From Octopus bimaculoides (lineage: Eukaryota): a DNA stretch of 52,112 bases. Within the stretch, counting starts at the first letter, position 1. Each line of letters opens with the position of its first letter. The DNA lies in NCBI RefSeq assembly GCF_001194135.2, contig NC_068981.1, positions 13,473,699 through 13,525,810 of the forward strand, read 5' to 3'. The notes under the pieces were generated by a model, which saw nothing but the letters and a program-made list of their open reading frames with translations, searched no databases and was not told where the DNA came from. Shown one piece after another: positions 12,602-26,004 of the stretch. Both the position numbers and the translations under genes were made by a program.

Positions 12602-13998
12602 ACATATTCTATAGGAACTCAATTAACAATTAAGGATGAAGAAGAGAATGTGTTAAAAGTTTCTAAAAAATTTAATCCATGCATACGATCGTTTCGAACG
12701 GTAGTATTAACATTAAATAACATGGGAAAAAATTAGAAATCAAGTTAATTGTAATTATAATTAAATTATTTACATATTACCGTTCTCCTCAGTGCGAAAA
12801 AAGAATACATCAAAAAGAATACATCGGAAGAATATTGTTACAGAAGACTAGATGGAGTGAGTGTCACATAACATATCCAGGTATGCATAATATGCTTAAG
12901 TAAAATTAAAAAAAACATGCTAAGATAGTGTTGAGCTATAACTGTATGTGTATGAAATATAACTAATGCGGCTAACGGTTGTGTGAAAATATAAGTGAAA
13001 AATGTTTAAGAAACATTGTGAATATAAGTCAAAGAGGAAGGACTAAAAAAAAAGAAGAATAGTTGTTAATATTACAGAATTGAGAAAGAAAATACTTGCT
13101 GTGGTTAAGATAATTGAAAAAGAACATACGGTGATAAATAAGTGCTTTTGAGAGGTTGAATACGGTAACAATATAGGGGAGAGAAGTTTATGATAAATTC
13201 GCAAGAAAGATTTTTCGAAAAACTTTACGGTTATATATTTTAATGTTAACTATGTTAGATATTAAAATATTTCAGTATATATATAAATTGAGAATCTAGC
13301 TATGGATAATAGAGGTAAAAATTCGTAGTGATATTTTTATAAAAGATTTTCTAACTTATATAACGTAGTGGTGAATGTGAAAGTAAGAAAAAGTATTTTT
13401 ATTATTAAGAAGTGATAGGTGACAAAATATAAACATATTAAAGGTACGAGAAGTAATTGATATATATAAAATCCTCTTACAAAGTAATTGATATATATAT
13501 ATATATATAAAATCTATATAAGAGAAGACTATTATTTCAAAATTGATATATCATACATCATATTCTATATTTTACTTATAAAACGTATAAGGTTTATGCA
13601 TATATATATATACATATTATTATACACAGGTATACGGATATATATATGTGTGTATATATCTGCATATGTAAACATGTATATATAATATATATATATATAT
13701 GCACATATTTCGTAGAATTGTTCCTTTTAAATGTATCAATATATAATGTATACATACTTATTTTGAAATAATATTCTTCTCTTATATAAGAGATTTTATA
13801 TATATGAATCACTTCTCGTATGTTTAATACACTTATTTTTTTCTTACCTAATTATAATAATTTCTATTGTTTTTTTTTATCATGTTATTTACATGTTAAT
13901 ATTACCTGTTCGAAACGATCGTATGCATTAAAATTTTTAAAAACTTTGAACACCTTTTCTCCACCTTTAATTTTTTGTTGAGTTCCTATAGAATATGT
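12602..13998. repeat. Long imperfect inverted duplication with internal deletion
   Basis: 12602-12740 is the approximate reverse complement of 13860-13998, and 13445-13543 of 13760-13820. Confidence 0.85.
12765..12870 (+). mobile_element. Decayed GIY-YIG endonuclease fragment (Penelope-like)
   Basis: Frameshifted IIYI...PQC.K..EYIGRILLQKTRWSECH matches the PLE pattern VY.I.C..C...YIG.T.R.L..R..EH. A 13-bp local duplication (aaaagaatacatc) interrupts it. Confidence 0.4.
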
Positions 13999-15307
13999 GT
14001 TCTATATGTACATATATTTATACATACATATATGTACATATATATATACATAAATACATACATATATGCATATAAGGATACAGAACGTCACCAACTGTGC
14101 AACAACATGGAATACGTAAACAACGAGAAAAAATGGAAAGCAGAACAAGTATATATACATGTATTTATGCATGCATGCATGTGTGTATGAAGGGCAATCA
14201 GAAAAAAATCTCAGTCATTTTAACTTTTCTCCTTAAATGGAGAGGCTCAAGAAAGATTTAGCGCTAAATGGAAATAGAAGATAATTTTAAGAAATTATAG
14301 ATTAACATCTGTGAATTAATAAACTTTGAACATTATATCTAGTCTAGTAAGTCGGCAAAATGACAAAAAAGTGATATGTTCTGATCTTTTTGAACTTCGA
14401 ATGCACAGCTTTGTACAACGCCTTCTTGCTATTTAAGTCAAAAATTAATGTAATTNNNNNNNNNNNNNNNNNNNNNNNNNNNNNNNNNNNNNNNNNNNNN
14501 NNNNNNNNNNNNNNNNNNNNNNNNNNNNNNNNNNNNNNNNNNNNNNNNNNNNNNNNNNNNNNNNNNNNNNNNNNNNNNNNNNNNNNNNNNNNNNNNNNNN
14601 NNNNNNNNNNNNNNNNNNNNNNNNNNNNNNNNNNNNNNNNNNNNNNNNNNNNNNNNNNNNNNNNNNNNNNNNNNNNNNNNNNNNNNNNNNNNNNNNNNNN
14701 NNNNNNNNNNNNNNNNNNNNNNNNNNNNNNNNNNNNNNNNNNNNNNNNNNNNNNNNNNNNNNNNNNNNNNNNNNNNNNNNNNNNNNNNNNNNNNNNNNNN
14801 NNNNNNNNNNNNNNNNNNNNNNNNNNNNNNNNNNNNNNNNNNNNNNNNNNNNNNNNNNNNNNNNNNNNNNNNNNNNNNNNNNNNNNNNNNNNNNNNNNNN
14901 NNNNNNNNNNNNNNNNNNNNNNNNNNNNNNNNNNNNNNNNNNNNNNNNNNNNNNNNNNNNNNNNNNNNNNNNNNNNNNNNNNNNNNNNNNNNNNNNNNNN
15001 NNNNNNNNNNNNNNNNNNNNNNNNNNNNNNNNNNNNNNNNNNNNNNNNNNNNNNNNNNNNNNNNNNNNNNNNNNNNNNNNNNNNNNNNNNNNNNNNNNNN
15101 NNNNNNNNNNNNNNNNNNNNNNNNNNNNNNNNNNNNNNNNNNNNNNNNNNNNNNNNNNNNNNNNNNNNNNNNNNNNNNNNNNNNNNNNNNNNNNNNNNNN
15201 NNNNNNNNNNNNNNNNNNNNNNNNNNNNNNNNNNNNNNNNNNNNNNNNNNNNNNNNNNNNNNNNNNNNNNNNNNNNNNNNNNNNNNNNNNNNNNNNNNNN
15301 CCTCACA

Positions 15308-15400
15308 AGGATGAAAGGCAAAGTCGACCGTGGCGTAATTTGAAGTAAGAACGTAAAGCCGAACGAAATGTCGCTAAACGTTTTGACCGGCGTCTTAACT
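15308..15400 (-). mobile_element. tRNA-derived SINE family A, fragment
   Basis: ggatgaaaggcaaagtcgacc...aatttgaa...agaacgtaa matches the young copy at 34817-35046. Confidence 0.8.
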
Positions 15401-16381
15401 ATAAATTTGAATAAGTTCTGGGATATTGTACTTAATGACGTATGCACGCCTTCTCCATTAATAAAATATTCCCTATGTCTTTTAGTGTATAATCCTCTAT
15501 TTATCTAAATACATATTCAAATATTTGAGTAATTTCCCCCAAGCTTCTTTCTTTTCTTTTCTTTTCTATTTTTTTTTTGTTATACACAGTAGAGAGATAG
15601 ATGGATAAACAGACAGATAGACAGACAGACAGACAGATAGACAGATATACAGATAGATACATAGGCAGATATATAGATAGATAGATAGATACATACATAC
15701 ATACACTCATTCATATACACACTTTCGCGCACTCACACACAAATATACGTACACACATACACCCACACACACGCACACACTCTCACAGAAGTAGACTACA
15801 GTCTGTACTACTGAACACTAACGAAACAATTGGGAATTTTACTGTGTTGACAGATGAGAAACTTACGTCTATATCGTTGTATTATTCTATGTTACTCTCG
15901 ATAAATGAACGTCTATAACCGATCTCTCAGCTCTGCCGTACGAGTGTCTCATATTTCAAATACCTGTTGATTTTCTGATTATCATTTATGGTCACAAGTC
16001 GGCCATATAGTAACTTATTTTAAAATGAATAAGTTGACTATTAAGTGGTCACTAATGCATAAAATCGTCGCTAACTTCTACCATATTATTGTTTCATCCA
16101 ACAATTCGTCTAACTTGGCATTCACTCAGTATTTTTAGCGGCGAAATATGTAAATGAGGTGGAATTATAATGAGAAAAGAGAGGCACTCCATTTCAGTAA
16201 CGAGATAATGAAACATTGTAACATGCAAGGCAAGTCTATTTAAAGCCTACATAAAACTTGGTTATATTTTTGTCATAATTGATTTAACTGTAAAACTACA
16301 TTGTGGCAAATATATTCTTTTCTTCGTAAAATTTATCATAACATTACACGGATATATCGTGTTGTCATTCGTACTGCCTGA

Positions 16382-16528
16382 GTCGTTACCACGTGGAGCA
16401 AAATGCTTAGCGGCGTTTGCCAGTCATTACGGTCTAATCTCAATTTCTGGTGAAGTCTACTTTGCTTTTCATCGTTTCCGGATCGATAAAATAAGTAACA
16501 ACTGATCACCAGAGTCGCTATAATCGAC
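16382..16528 (+). mobile_element. SINE family A, diverged copy
   Basis: aaatgcttagcgg...ctttgcttttcatcgtttccggatcgataaaataagt...taatcgact. Confidence 0.75.
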
Positions 16529-16607
16529 TAATTTTTCTTTTGAAATTGCTAGCCTTGTTCCACAATTAGAAACCAAGATTATGGTGTCATTTTGTGTGTT
16601 ATACATA

Positions 16608-16643
<36 letters not shown>

Positions 16644-17077
16644 NNNNNNNNNNNNNNNNNNNNNNNNNNNNNNNNNNNNNNNNNNNNNNNNNNNNNNNNN
16701 NNNNNNNNNNNNNNNNNNNNNNNNNNNNNNNNNNNNNNNNNNNNNNNNNNNNNNNNNNNNNNNNNNNNNNNNNNNNNNNNNNNNNNNNNNNNNNNNNNNN
16801 NNNNNNNNNNNNNNNNNNNNNNNNNNNNNNNNNNNNNNNNNNNNNNNNNNNNNNNNNNNNNNNNNNNNNNNNNNNNNNNNNNNNNNNNNNNNNNNNNNNN
16901 NNNNNNNNNNNNNNNNNNNNNNNNNNNNNNNNNNNNNNNNNNNNNNNNNNNNNNNNNNNNNNNNNNNNNNNNNNNNNNNNNNNNNNNNNNNNNNNNNNNN
17001 NNNNNNNNNNNNNNNNNNNNNNNNNNNNNNNNNNNNNNNNNNNNNNNNNNNNNNNNNNNNNNNNNNNNNNNNNNNNN

Positions 17078-17129
<52 letters not shown>

Positions 17130-18264
17130 AGAGAGAGATTGTTTTGTGGATAAACAAATTAGATAAATATAACCGTTTGCGTATTAAATACAAAATATGT
17201 ATGTGTATACATGCATAACGAATGGGAAATAACTAAGAAAGGCAACTCTGGACAGAATTTATCAAAGTTATAACTTTAACTAAAATACTGTCAATATCGT
17301 TGACTGATTTGTGCCAGTAGATCGTTAATATAACCCAAATAATCGTACCAAGTGTTTAGGCATAAGCAAATTTTCGTTTAGGTTAGTTAAAATATGCTTG
17401 TGACAATGGACAGATATTGTGTTTTTACACTCGTTTACCATAAGAGAGCGTTTTCTCTGCGGCACCTGCAGTGTATTTCCCTTTTAGCATTTGAAATATG
17501 TCACAAACATATTTAAAAACCTAAACTTTGCTTATATCTAAGCACTCAGAGGCGCTAATATTTCGGTAATATATGCATATAAATGTGTGTGTGGGTGCGT
17601 GTGTGTGTGTGTGTGTGTATTAAATCTACATAAATACACTGATTTGCAAAAATGGTTAAATAAATATATCCATCTCGCATATCTCCAGACTATTTCAAGT
17701 TTATAGACACGCACATACACGTACACATACACGCACATGTATTTATACACATACACGTATATGTATATATACATATGTGTGTATATATATGTGTGCGTGT
17801 GTGTGTATTTGTGTGTATATATATACATATGTATATATGTATATATATATATATATATNNNNNNNNNNNNNNNNNNNNNNNNNNNNNNNNNNNNNNNNNN
17901 NNNNNNNNNNNNNNNNNNNNNNNNNNNNNNNNNNNNNNNNNNNNNNNNNNNNNNNNNNNNNNNNNNNNNNNNNNNNNNNNNNNNNNNNNNNNNNNNNNNN
18001 NNNNNNNNNNNNNNNNNNNNNNNNNNNNNNNNNNNNNNNNNNNNNNNNNNNNNNNNNNNNNNNNNNNNNNNNNNNNNNNNNNNNNNNNNNNNNNNNNNNN
18101 NNNNNNNNNNNNNNNNNNNNNNNNNNNNNNNNNNNNNNNNNNNNNNNNNNNNNNNNNNNNNNNNNNNNNNNNNTATATATATATATATATATATATACAT
18201 ATGTATCGATAAATATATACATATATATATATATACATACATACACACACCCATATATATAAAC

Positions 18265-18305
<41 letters not shown>

Positions 18306-18431
18306 GTATGTGTGTGTGTGTGTATGCATGCATGTATATGTCTATAAGCACACGATCATTCGCCACTATATCTTAGTGTTTACCTGTTTCACGTCCCACA
18401 TTCTGTTATATAAATAAATTGGTTAGTTATT

Positions 18432-18520
18432 ATTCCCCCAGAGTGAATATCTCTGGAATTCTGCTCCTACACACATTTTTCCCTACAAGCTATGGTCGCC
18501 AACAAACTAAATTAAATATT
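18432..18520 (+). mobile_element. Possible L2/CR1-type LINE ORF2 C-terminal remnant
   Basis: Translates to YLWNSAPTHIFPY, resembling the LWNSLP..VFP end motif of L2/CR1-group LINEs. Confidence 0.3.
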
Positions 18521-19564
18521 CATCTCCTCTGGCATGTGTCTGTCTTCTATGGCAGTGAAACGCTTCTCTTATCAACAAAGTGACAAATATAAAACGGAAC
18601 GATGTATTTATTGCACAGAAATATTTTTAAAATATTATATTCAGAAAATGTAAATCAATTATATTTCTAAGAATCTGAAGTGAAATATCGTGTTCCTGAC
18701 AGAATCTTCCAGCGGAAAATTTTGTTAGAAATGTTAAATTTGTATTTTTCGTCAGGGCACAATACGTATTTTAGTTTGCGAACATTAAAGCTAGTACTTA
18801 GTATATTCCAGTATAAACTATTAATAGTTTCCTTGAGTATTTCTATTTCTTAATGGTGAGTATTTACTTGAGCGCTTCCCTGTGTCTCCGGCCCTAAATC
18901 ACTGTTGTGTAATATAGGATAACTTTAGACCTGGGAGATTTCAAGTCTCTCCACGTCTGACCACATAAGATGGCTACATGAAAGAAAGAAGGAAAGAAAG
19001 AAAGAAAGTAAGAAAGAAAGACACCTGTTACTGGATTGTTATTTCACCTATCAACGCTGAAAGAATGACAGACAAGATTGACTTAGGCAGTATCTCATCT
19101 CAGGTACACTAAAAGCTGGAACCACGCCACGTGGCAATCTATCTAACTTTGTAACGACACAGCCATTTCGCAACCTGTTGGGCTAGCTGCTGCAAGTTGT
19201 TAAACCCCAATAAATAGGAAGCTACCAAGCCACTTCTGTGTTATCGAATACACAATTCTTTAAATAACCCATTGACAGCTGGAGCATAATAGTGTTCTAT
19301 GTATATATCGTTTAGTGTTCGGACGCTTCATTGAGTTGATGAACTTGTCACACATCATTTACAAAGAAAGCATTACACAGAGATCCTTTTTGTTATGCTA
19401 ATTTCAACTTCTTGACAGACCTTTTGGTGCCACGCTATAAATATTTATACACAGTTCTAGTGATTAATGGAAAATCAAATGGCTTATGTGTACATATGTG
19501 TGTGTAGGAGGTGACACCTTTCACGATATCAGTAAAAAATACATACCCATATCTATTTATCTAG

Positions 19565-19606
<42 letters not shown>

Positions 19607-19904
19607 GAATGTATATATGCATGTATGTATATCTTGTGTTTACAATTAGATGTACAACCACTACTGTACGATTCAGAGCACAGGGTAGATTATCGAGTCA
19701 GTTTCAGTGGTTCGTCTACCACCGAACTAATTAGTGTTACTAGACATGATACACAAATAAACGCAAGTATAAAATGCTAGTTGCTATGTACATTTCAGTT
19801 ATTTGGAACTCAGGATTTTATGTTTCAAATGAATTTGGAAGCCAAAACTCCAATGGATCACTAGGGGAACTCTTTATTGCATCTTGTTATAGAGTTCTGC
19901 TATT

Positions 19905-19906
<2 letters not shown>

Positions 19907-19949
<43 letters not shown>

Positions 19950-19963
19950 CTCACATTCGCGCG

Positions 19964-20033
<70 letters not shown>
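19907..20033. repeat. Compound (AC)n/(AT)n microsatellite
   Basis: Direct inspection. It abuts the terminus of the repeat at 20034. Confidence 0.95.
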
Positions 20034-20040
<7 letters not shown>

Positions 20041-20284
20041 TAATACATTTCTAAATCTCTCAGAGAGTCTTAAGCAGTAGTGATGCGATAAAGCAGTTGT
20101 ATACTGCCAACTTAACGTGACAGTCCCAATAAGGGAATATACTACTGCTATTTAGCCCTAGAAAGCTGGAGCGCTTCCTGTCAGCCTTGACACATTTCCT
20201 GTGTCCTTATGTTTGCGAGGGGGAGACAAACTCCTCCACCCAGCCTAGCCTGCATTCAGGGATATGTTTCTGAGTCTGTGCTCT
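20034..20284 (-). mobile_element. Second copy of the HHR-associated repeat seen at 40763-41305
   Basis: Starts with the identical ttagaaataatacatttctaaatctctcagagag and is colinear with 40763-41012. It stops within HHR stem II. Confidence 0.85.
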
Positions 20285-20741
20285 TAGTTATACAGCATTC
20301 CTGTTTCTTAAAAAGAAGTTCAAGCCCTGAGTATTTCGCCTTTATTCTATTCTTTGTAATGTCCAGTCATCGTGTATTAAATGTGGTTATAAGTAGGGGT
20401 TCTTTTAAAATAAATTTAGCTGCCGTCTTGTAGGGGAAATAACTACGCCGAGCCTTCCGCTTGGTTAGCGTCAACGCCTGGATACGATTTATTGGTTTAA
20501 GAACGGCTTGTGTGTGTGTGTGTGTATGTGTGTGTGTATGTTTGTGTGTGCGTGCATGTTTTTGTGTGTGTATGGGTTATAAACATATGTTTAAAAGCAT
20601 GTCTCTTTTTTAAAAAAAAACCTTGTTTAAAATTCTAATGTACAGAATGTAAACAAATAGGAATTGTAAATGAATTCAACGAGAAGATAAAAAAATTACA
20701 TTTGGATTTTATTCTGTTTTTCTTTACATATATTAATTCCC

Positions 20742-20908
20742 TATAAAATTGTTAGCCAAATTCTATCAAAGTAAATTATGTAAATCAGAATTTGCCACTA
20801 ATTCAACCAAATTATTTCAAGTAATTTGCACTTATTATTATTATTATTATTATCATTATCTTATGATTATGTGTGCGTGTCGCTTAGTGTGCGTGTGGAG
20901 TGTGCGTG

Positions 20909-20980
<72 letters not shown>

Positions 20981-21084
20981 TGTGTGTGTGTAATACGAAA
21001 AATAACTAAAGAAGTTTGGCTGAATTAGCGGCAAATACAAATTTGCATAATTTACCTTGATGGAATTTGGAAATCACTTTTATA
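20742..21084. mobile_element. MITE-like inverted repeat enclosing (TTA)n and (GT)n
   Basis: 20742-20813 is the approximate reverse complement of 21013-21084 (ccaaattctatcaaagtaaattatgtaaat vs atttgcataatttaccttgatggaatttgg). Confidence 0.7.
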
Positions 21085-21267
21085 ACGTATGAATGCATAA
21101 AATAGAAAATCAACATTGGATAAAATACAAAAAAAAAAAGCTTTCTTCCACTGCTCGAAAATAAATTTACAATTCCTATGTAAGTTATGCAGTCTTAATA
21201 AACATACAATTTAGCATATCTGTTAAAAGTAAATGAAATCGCTACACAAAAGGTTTACCTTCATGTG

Positions 21268-21628
21268 GAAAGAAACAGTGATCAACCTTATTAGAAAGAA
21301 ACAGAGATCAACCTTAGAAAGAAACAGAGATCAACCTTATTAGAAAGAAACAGAGATCAACCTTGTTAGAAAGAAACAGAGATCAACCTTATTAGAAAGA
21401 AACGGAGATCAACTTTATTAGACAGTAACAGAGATCATCTTTATTAGAAATATACAGAAATCACCCTTATTAGAAAGAAACAGAGATCAACTTTATTAGA
21501 AAGAAACAGAGATCACCCTTATTAGAAAGAATCAGAGATCAACCTTATTAGAAAGAAACAGAGATCACCCTTATTAGAAAGAAACAGAGATCAACCTTAT
21601 TAGAAAGAAACAGAGATCAACCTTATTA
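21268..21628 (+). repeat. 26-bp minisatellite, 14 copies (GAAAGAAACAGAGATCAACCTTATTA)
   Basis: Units counted by eye. Unit 2 lacks 3 bp and units 7-8 are the most diverged. No unique spacers, so it is not CRISPR. Confidence 0.95.
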
Positions 21629-21996
21629 GTTTCTAGATCTTCTAGATCTTCACCAGTCGAGGAATATCTGTTTGATTCTCCGAAGCAAAATCAAAACTGA
21701 GATTAATTCAAAGGTGCACACAGGGCAACATTAGACTTCACATTTTTTCATACATACTTCTCCAACATATTCTACCTATTCACAACACGTGACCTCTGAG
21801 CATTAACAATTAGAGCCCTTCAACTGTGTCGTCTAATCATGCGTTGGAAATGAGTATTTCCAACATATCAGGTTATGTTTTCAGATAAATTTCAATTATT
21901 GCTTTTATTTATATTTAGTATTTCTTCGGATGCAAAGTCATGTCTTTCTAAATAACTTATACAAACAGAAAGATACATTCACAAATATTCTTTGCT

Positions 21997-22200
21997 TCTC
22001 TAGGCACGAGGCCCGAAATTTTGGGGGCGGGAGCCAGTGGACTAGATCAACCTCAGTACGCAACTGGTAATTAATTTATCGACCCCGAAAGGATGAAAGA
22101 CAAAGTTGACCTCAGCGGAATTTGAACTCAGAACGTAAACAGAGACGAAACACCGCTAAGCATTTTGCCCAGCGTGCTAACGTTTCTGCCAGATCACCGC
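21997..22200 (-). mobile_element. SINE family A with alternative (type 2) 3' tail
   Basis: Head and core as in 34817-35046, but the tail reads ...cccccaaaatttcgggcctcgtgcctagag on minus. Confidence 0.9.
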
Positions 22201-23229
22201 TTTGATTACTTTCACAAATATTAAACACGTATTTATATGTGAATACATAAGTGTGTCTGTAAATACATATATGCATATAAATATACTTGAATAAGTATTT
22301 ATGTAAACATATATATATANNNNNNNNNNNNNNNNNNNNNNNNNNNNNNNNNNNNNNNNNNNNNNNNNNNNNNNNNNNNNNNNNNNNNNNNNNNNNNNNN
22401 NNNNNNNNNNNNNNNNNNNNNNNNNNNNNNNNNNNNNNNNNNNNNNNNNNNNNNNNNNNNNNNNNNNNNNNNNNNNNNNNNNNNNNNNNNNNNNNNNNNN
22501 NNNNNNNNNNNNNNNNNNNNNNNNNNNNNNNNNNNNNNNNNNNNNNNNNNNNNNNNNNNNNNNNNNNNNNNNNNNNNNNNNNNNNNNNNNNNNNNNNNNN
22601 NNNNNNNNNNNNNNNNNNNNNNNNNNNNNNNNNNNNNNNNNNNNNNNNNNNNNNNNNNNNNNNNNNNNNNNNNNNNNNNNNNNNNNNNNNNNNNNNNNNN
22701 NNNNNNNNNNNNNNNNNNNNNNNNNNNNNNNNNNNNNNNNNNNNNNNNNNNNNNNNNNNNNNNNNNNNNNNNNNNNNNNNNNNNNNNNNNNNNNNNNNNN
22801 NNNNNTTTGAGGAGTATTACAGTTGGAGCAAACACAATAATACAGGGTGGACGTACGAATGTAAACAATAGTAATTTGTAACGATAGACGAAGATAATAA
22901 ATAAATAAATATAGCCTTGGTGCTATTTTGGGGAGAATGATCGATTAACGCTTGGGAGAAATACTCAAATTTATATAAAGACCATAATTGAGAATAGAAA
23001 AAAAAAAGAAGAGAATAAAACAGAATTGAGAAGAGAAAAAAGTTTAACCAGTACGCCAGGCGTGCAGCAACGTAAAGGCAGGAGATAGAAAAACAGTCAC
23101 TGGTCACGTATGGGTAGCAGATTGAAGGGGAGAAAAGTAAGAGAGAGAAAGAGAGAGAAAACAGGGGGAGAAATAGAGTAAGTCTACATTTAAGTGTAAG
23201 AAGACGCGAAGTGTAAGAGTCACTTACCG

Positions 23230-23288
23230 GTGAGTGTGTTAAATTATAAGGCACCAAAAGAGAATGACTCTGCCCAGACACAACAGTA
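23230..23288 (+). repeat. Dispersed repeat E terminus (also 31134-31192 on + and 31806-31857 on -)
   Basis: About 59 bp shared: gtgagtgtgttaaattataaggcac.aaaaga.aatgactct.cccagacacaaca. Confidence 0.8.
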
Positions 23289-23346
23289 TAAGCTTCAACA
23301 CACGAACTCACATAAAGTATCTTGCAAACCAAATCCAAAAACTAAA

Positions 23347-23465
<119 letters not shown>

Positions 23466-23774
23466 TCTATGAAGCTATCTTCTTTCAGATAAGAAAAAAA
23501 AGACATAGCCTCATGCATTTCAGCAGTGTTTATACATTTTAGTGAGAGAAACGGATGGCTATACTTACAATCAAATATAATATGCCATGTCTTGGGATCT
23601 TCTCTCATTGACGGATAGTAGGGACACTGTTGGGATGTACAGTGTGCTTTAGTCAATTTTAGACTAATGGATCTTGAAACGGACGATTTCTTCCGCGTGT
23701 ATAAAGAATGGGACTATACAATGAGAAAGTTATAAAACGAGAAAATTAGACTCAAGTGCAGCAATGGTACATTA

Positions 23775-23880
23775 GTTACGGACTCTGAAAAGATGCAAAG
23801 TAAATTTAACCTCAGTAGAATTTAAACCCAGAGGGCAGAGAGCCAGGACTTTTACGCAAACCAATCTCTACGATGCTGTA
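23775..23880 (-). mobile_element. SINE family A, very diverged
   Basis: gaaaagatgcaaagtaaatttaacctcagtagaatttaaacccaga resembles gaaaggatgaaaggcaaagtcgacctcggcggaatttgaactcaga. Confidence 0.55.
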
Positions 23881-23932
23881 ATGACTACCACATAGCTGTC
23901 TTATTGTTATATATGCTGGTCCACACACACAC

Positions 23933-23989
<57 letters not shown>

Positions 23990-26004
23990 TGTATAGCTCC
24001 AGCTTTTCGTGACTACTATCTTCATGATTCTCATTTTTAATTTCTTCTTGTATTTCTTCAACTTTTACACACACTCTTTCAGGTTCATTAGTCTGTCCAT
24101 GGCTAATGTTTTCACATGCTAGTTCCTAATATTGCTTCATCGACGCATTGTCTATATTTATTAAAATTTCGTTCGTTGACCAAAACGTTAGATGTTTTGT
24201 TTATCAATGGCTGGCTTTATTGTTGCTTATACAATGTAATCGCTACCTGACGCTTTTCAAGACTTGTCATCTTTATGAAACTTCTTTCTATGTTAATCAC
24301 ATATTCATCAGTTTTGACAGTATTTTTCTTTTATCTCTCAGTTGATTACTTTACTTATATCATGTTTTGCAAAAGTTTTCGTCCTCATTCTGAAACTGTT
24401 ATTTTATGTCTCTCAGATGTGTTTTATATATCCTATGCAGTTGAAAGTCGTAAATTATATCGACTATTTCTAAGCCGTTTATTTATTTTGTCGATCTTTT
24501 GCTGCTGGATTCGATGGGCTTTTCTGATATTACGTTCCCTTATATTTCCCTATTTACACTTTGGGGATGGTTTCAAACGTAAAGTTATTCTTGTATTATT
24601 ACCTCCATATTTCTGCTGAATAATCGCATTTGGTGTATGATTATGCTATACTCGTCTGTAACGCACGTATTTCAATATCATAGAGTGATTAATGTAAGTT
24701 CTTTTCAAGTCTATTATTACCCTTTGTATATTCATACTTATATCACACACCACTATGCTCCAGATGCGTTTCCATAGAGATGGTATATTTCTCTTATAAA
24801 TATATCAGAAAGGGTGTATTATATCTACCGATATTAGCCGTTTCACTGTTTGTTCTAATGTAGTTTGTGCCTATTTATCTCTCATAAAATATAGTTGCTG
24901 TGATCTATCGAATTTGTATCTATTGTTAGCTGTGGTTTGGGTTTTTTTTTTAATGCATGGTTGTCTATAGGTGTGATGGTATGTCTTAGGATTTCCTGTT
25001 AAATAGCTTGTAATCTCTATGCTGATGAGTAAGAATATAGTATTAGGGCGTTCAGTTCAAGATTTAATACATCCTAACGAAAAATGAGATAAACCAAACC
25101 AACAGTAATCATTAAACAGTCTAGTCTTCCATCGACCGTGTATAGCACAAATTATTCAATAGGATCAACACAAATTTAGCTACAGAGGTACAACAAACCA
25201 CAATCCATGCTATGAAAACCACAATACACACTAAAAAAGCATATAAACATAGAAATCGTAGTTGCACAGCCGGAAACATCTGAATGCAAAGATCGAGACC
25301 ATGACCATTACATGTCTGTGCTCATATTATGAGCAGAATTTAATATCATCGACAAGGCAAGAGAGTCACAAAAATGCAACATAAAGTGAACTTCCAAAGC
25401 CAGTTATAAACCAGGTCGGCAATGTCTACGGAAAACCACTTCGTTTTATGGAGAATGATATAAATAAGGGAGAACAGTATAAATACAAATTTGTTCAGTG
25501 TAAGAAATCATGTAATATCACGTTTCTTTCTAGAACAATCCTGAATTTTCAGCAACTTAAGATGAGTGTCAGAAGAGAATTTCTCCCGCTGAGTGACCAA
25601 AGGTTACCTGAAGCAGTTTGTTTTAATGCAGAGAAACCTATATATTTACAATGACTGTTTTTCCCGCCGGCAGAATTAGAAGTTTAAAGTTCCACGCATC
25701 AGATCAGAAGTACATTGTTTGGAATTATATTTGCCTTGCTATTTAGTAGGTATACAAAGAACACACTTATACACTCAAGCACACACATGCATTTGCAAAT
25801 ACCAGGTTAAGTCAAAAGTTTGTCGAATTTCGCTGATTATTTTTAGTAACTTCTATCTCCATGTTATATCATTAATTTTATAGAACTTGTTTTCCAGTCG
25901 CTGCTGAGTTGTTTCTTCTTATTTTCTTATATAACATATAAACATTAATTGCTTATTCTTTATTTCACAGCTTTGATAATTGCAGGGAGCTATTTCAATT
26001 TTAC

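Noticed and set aside
14187-14225. mariner TIR-like start (tatgaagggcaatcagaaaa)
   Set aside because: No partner TIR or transposase seen, and the region runs into a gap.
21268-21628. CRISPR-like periodic repeat
   Set aside because: The units are contiguous with no unique spacers, the context is eukaryotic, and there are no cas genes.
24000-25000. Possible very old LINE RT on the minus strand (VDIIYDF)
   Set aside because: Only one weak motif, with no colinear second motif found with confidence.
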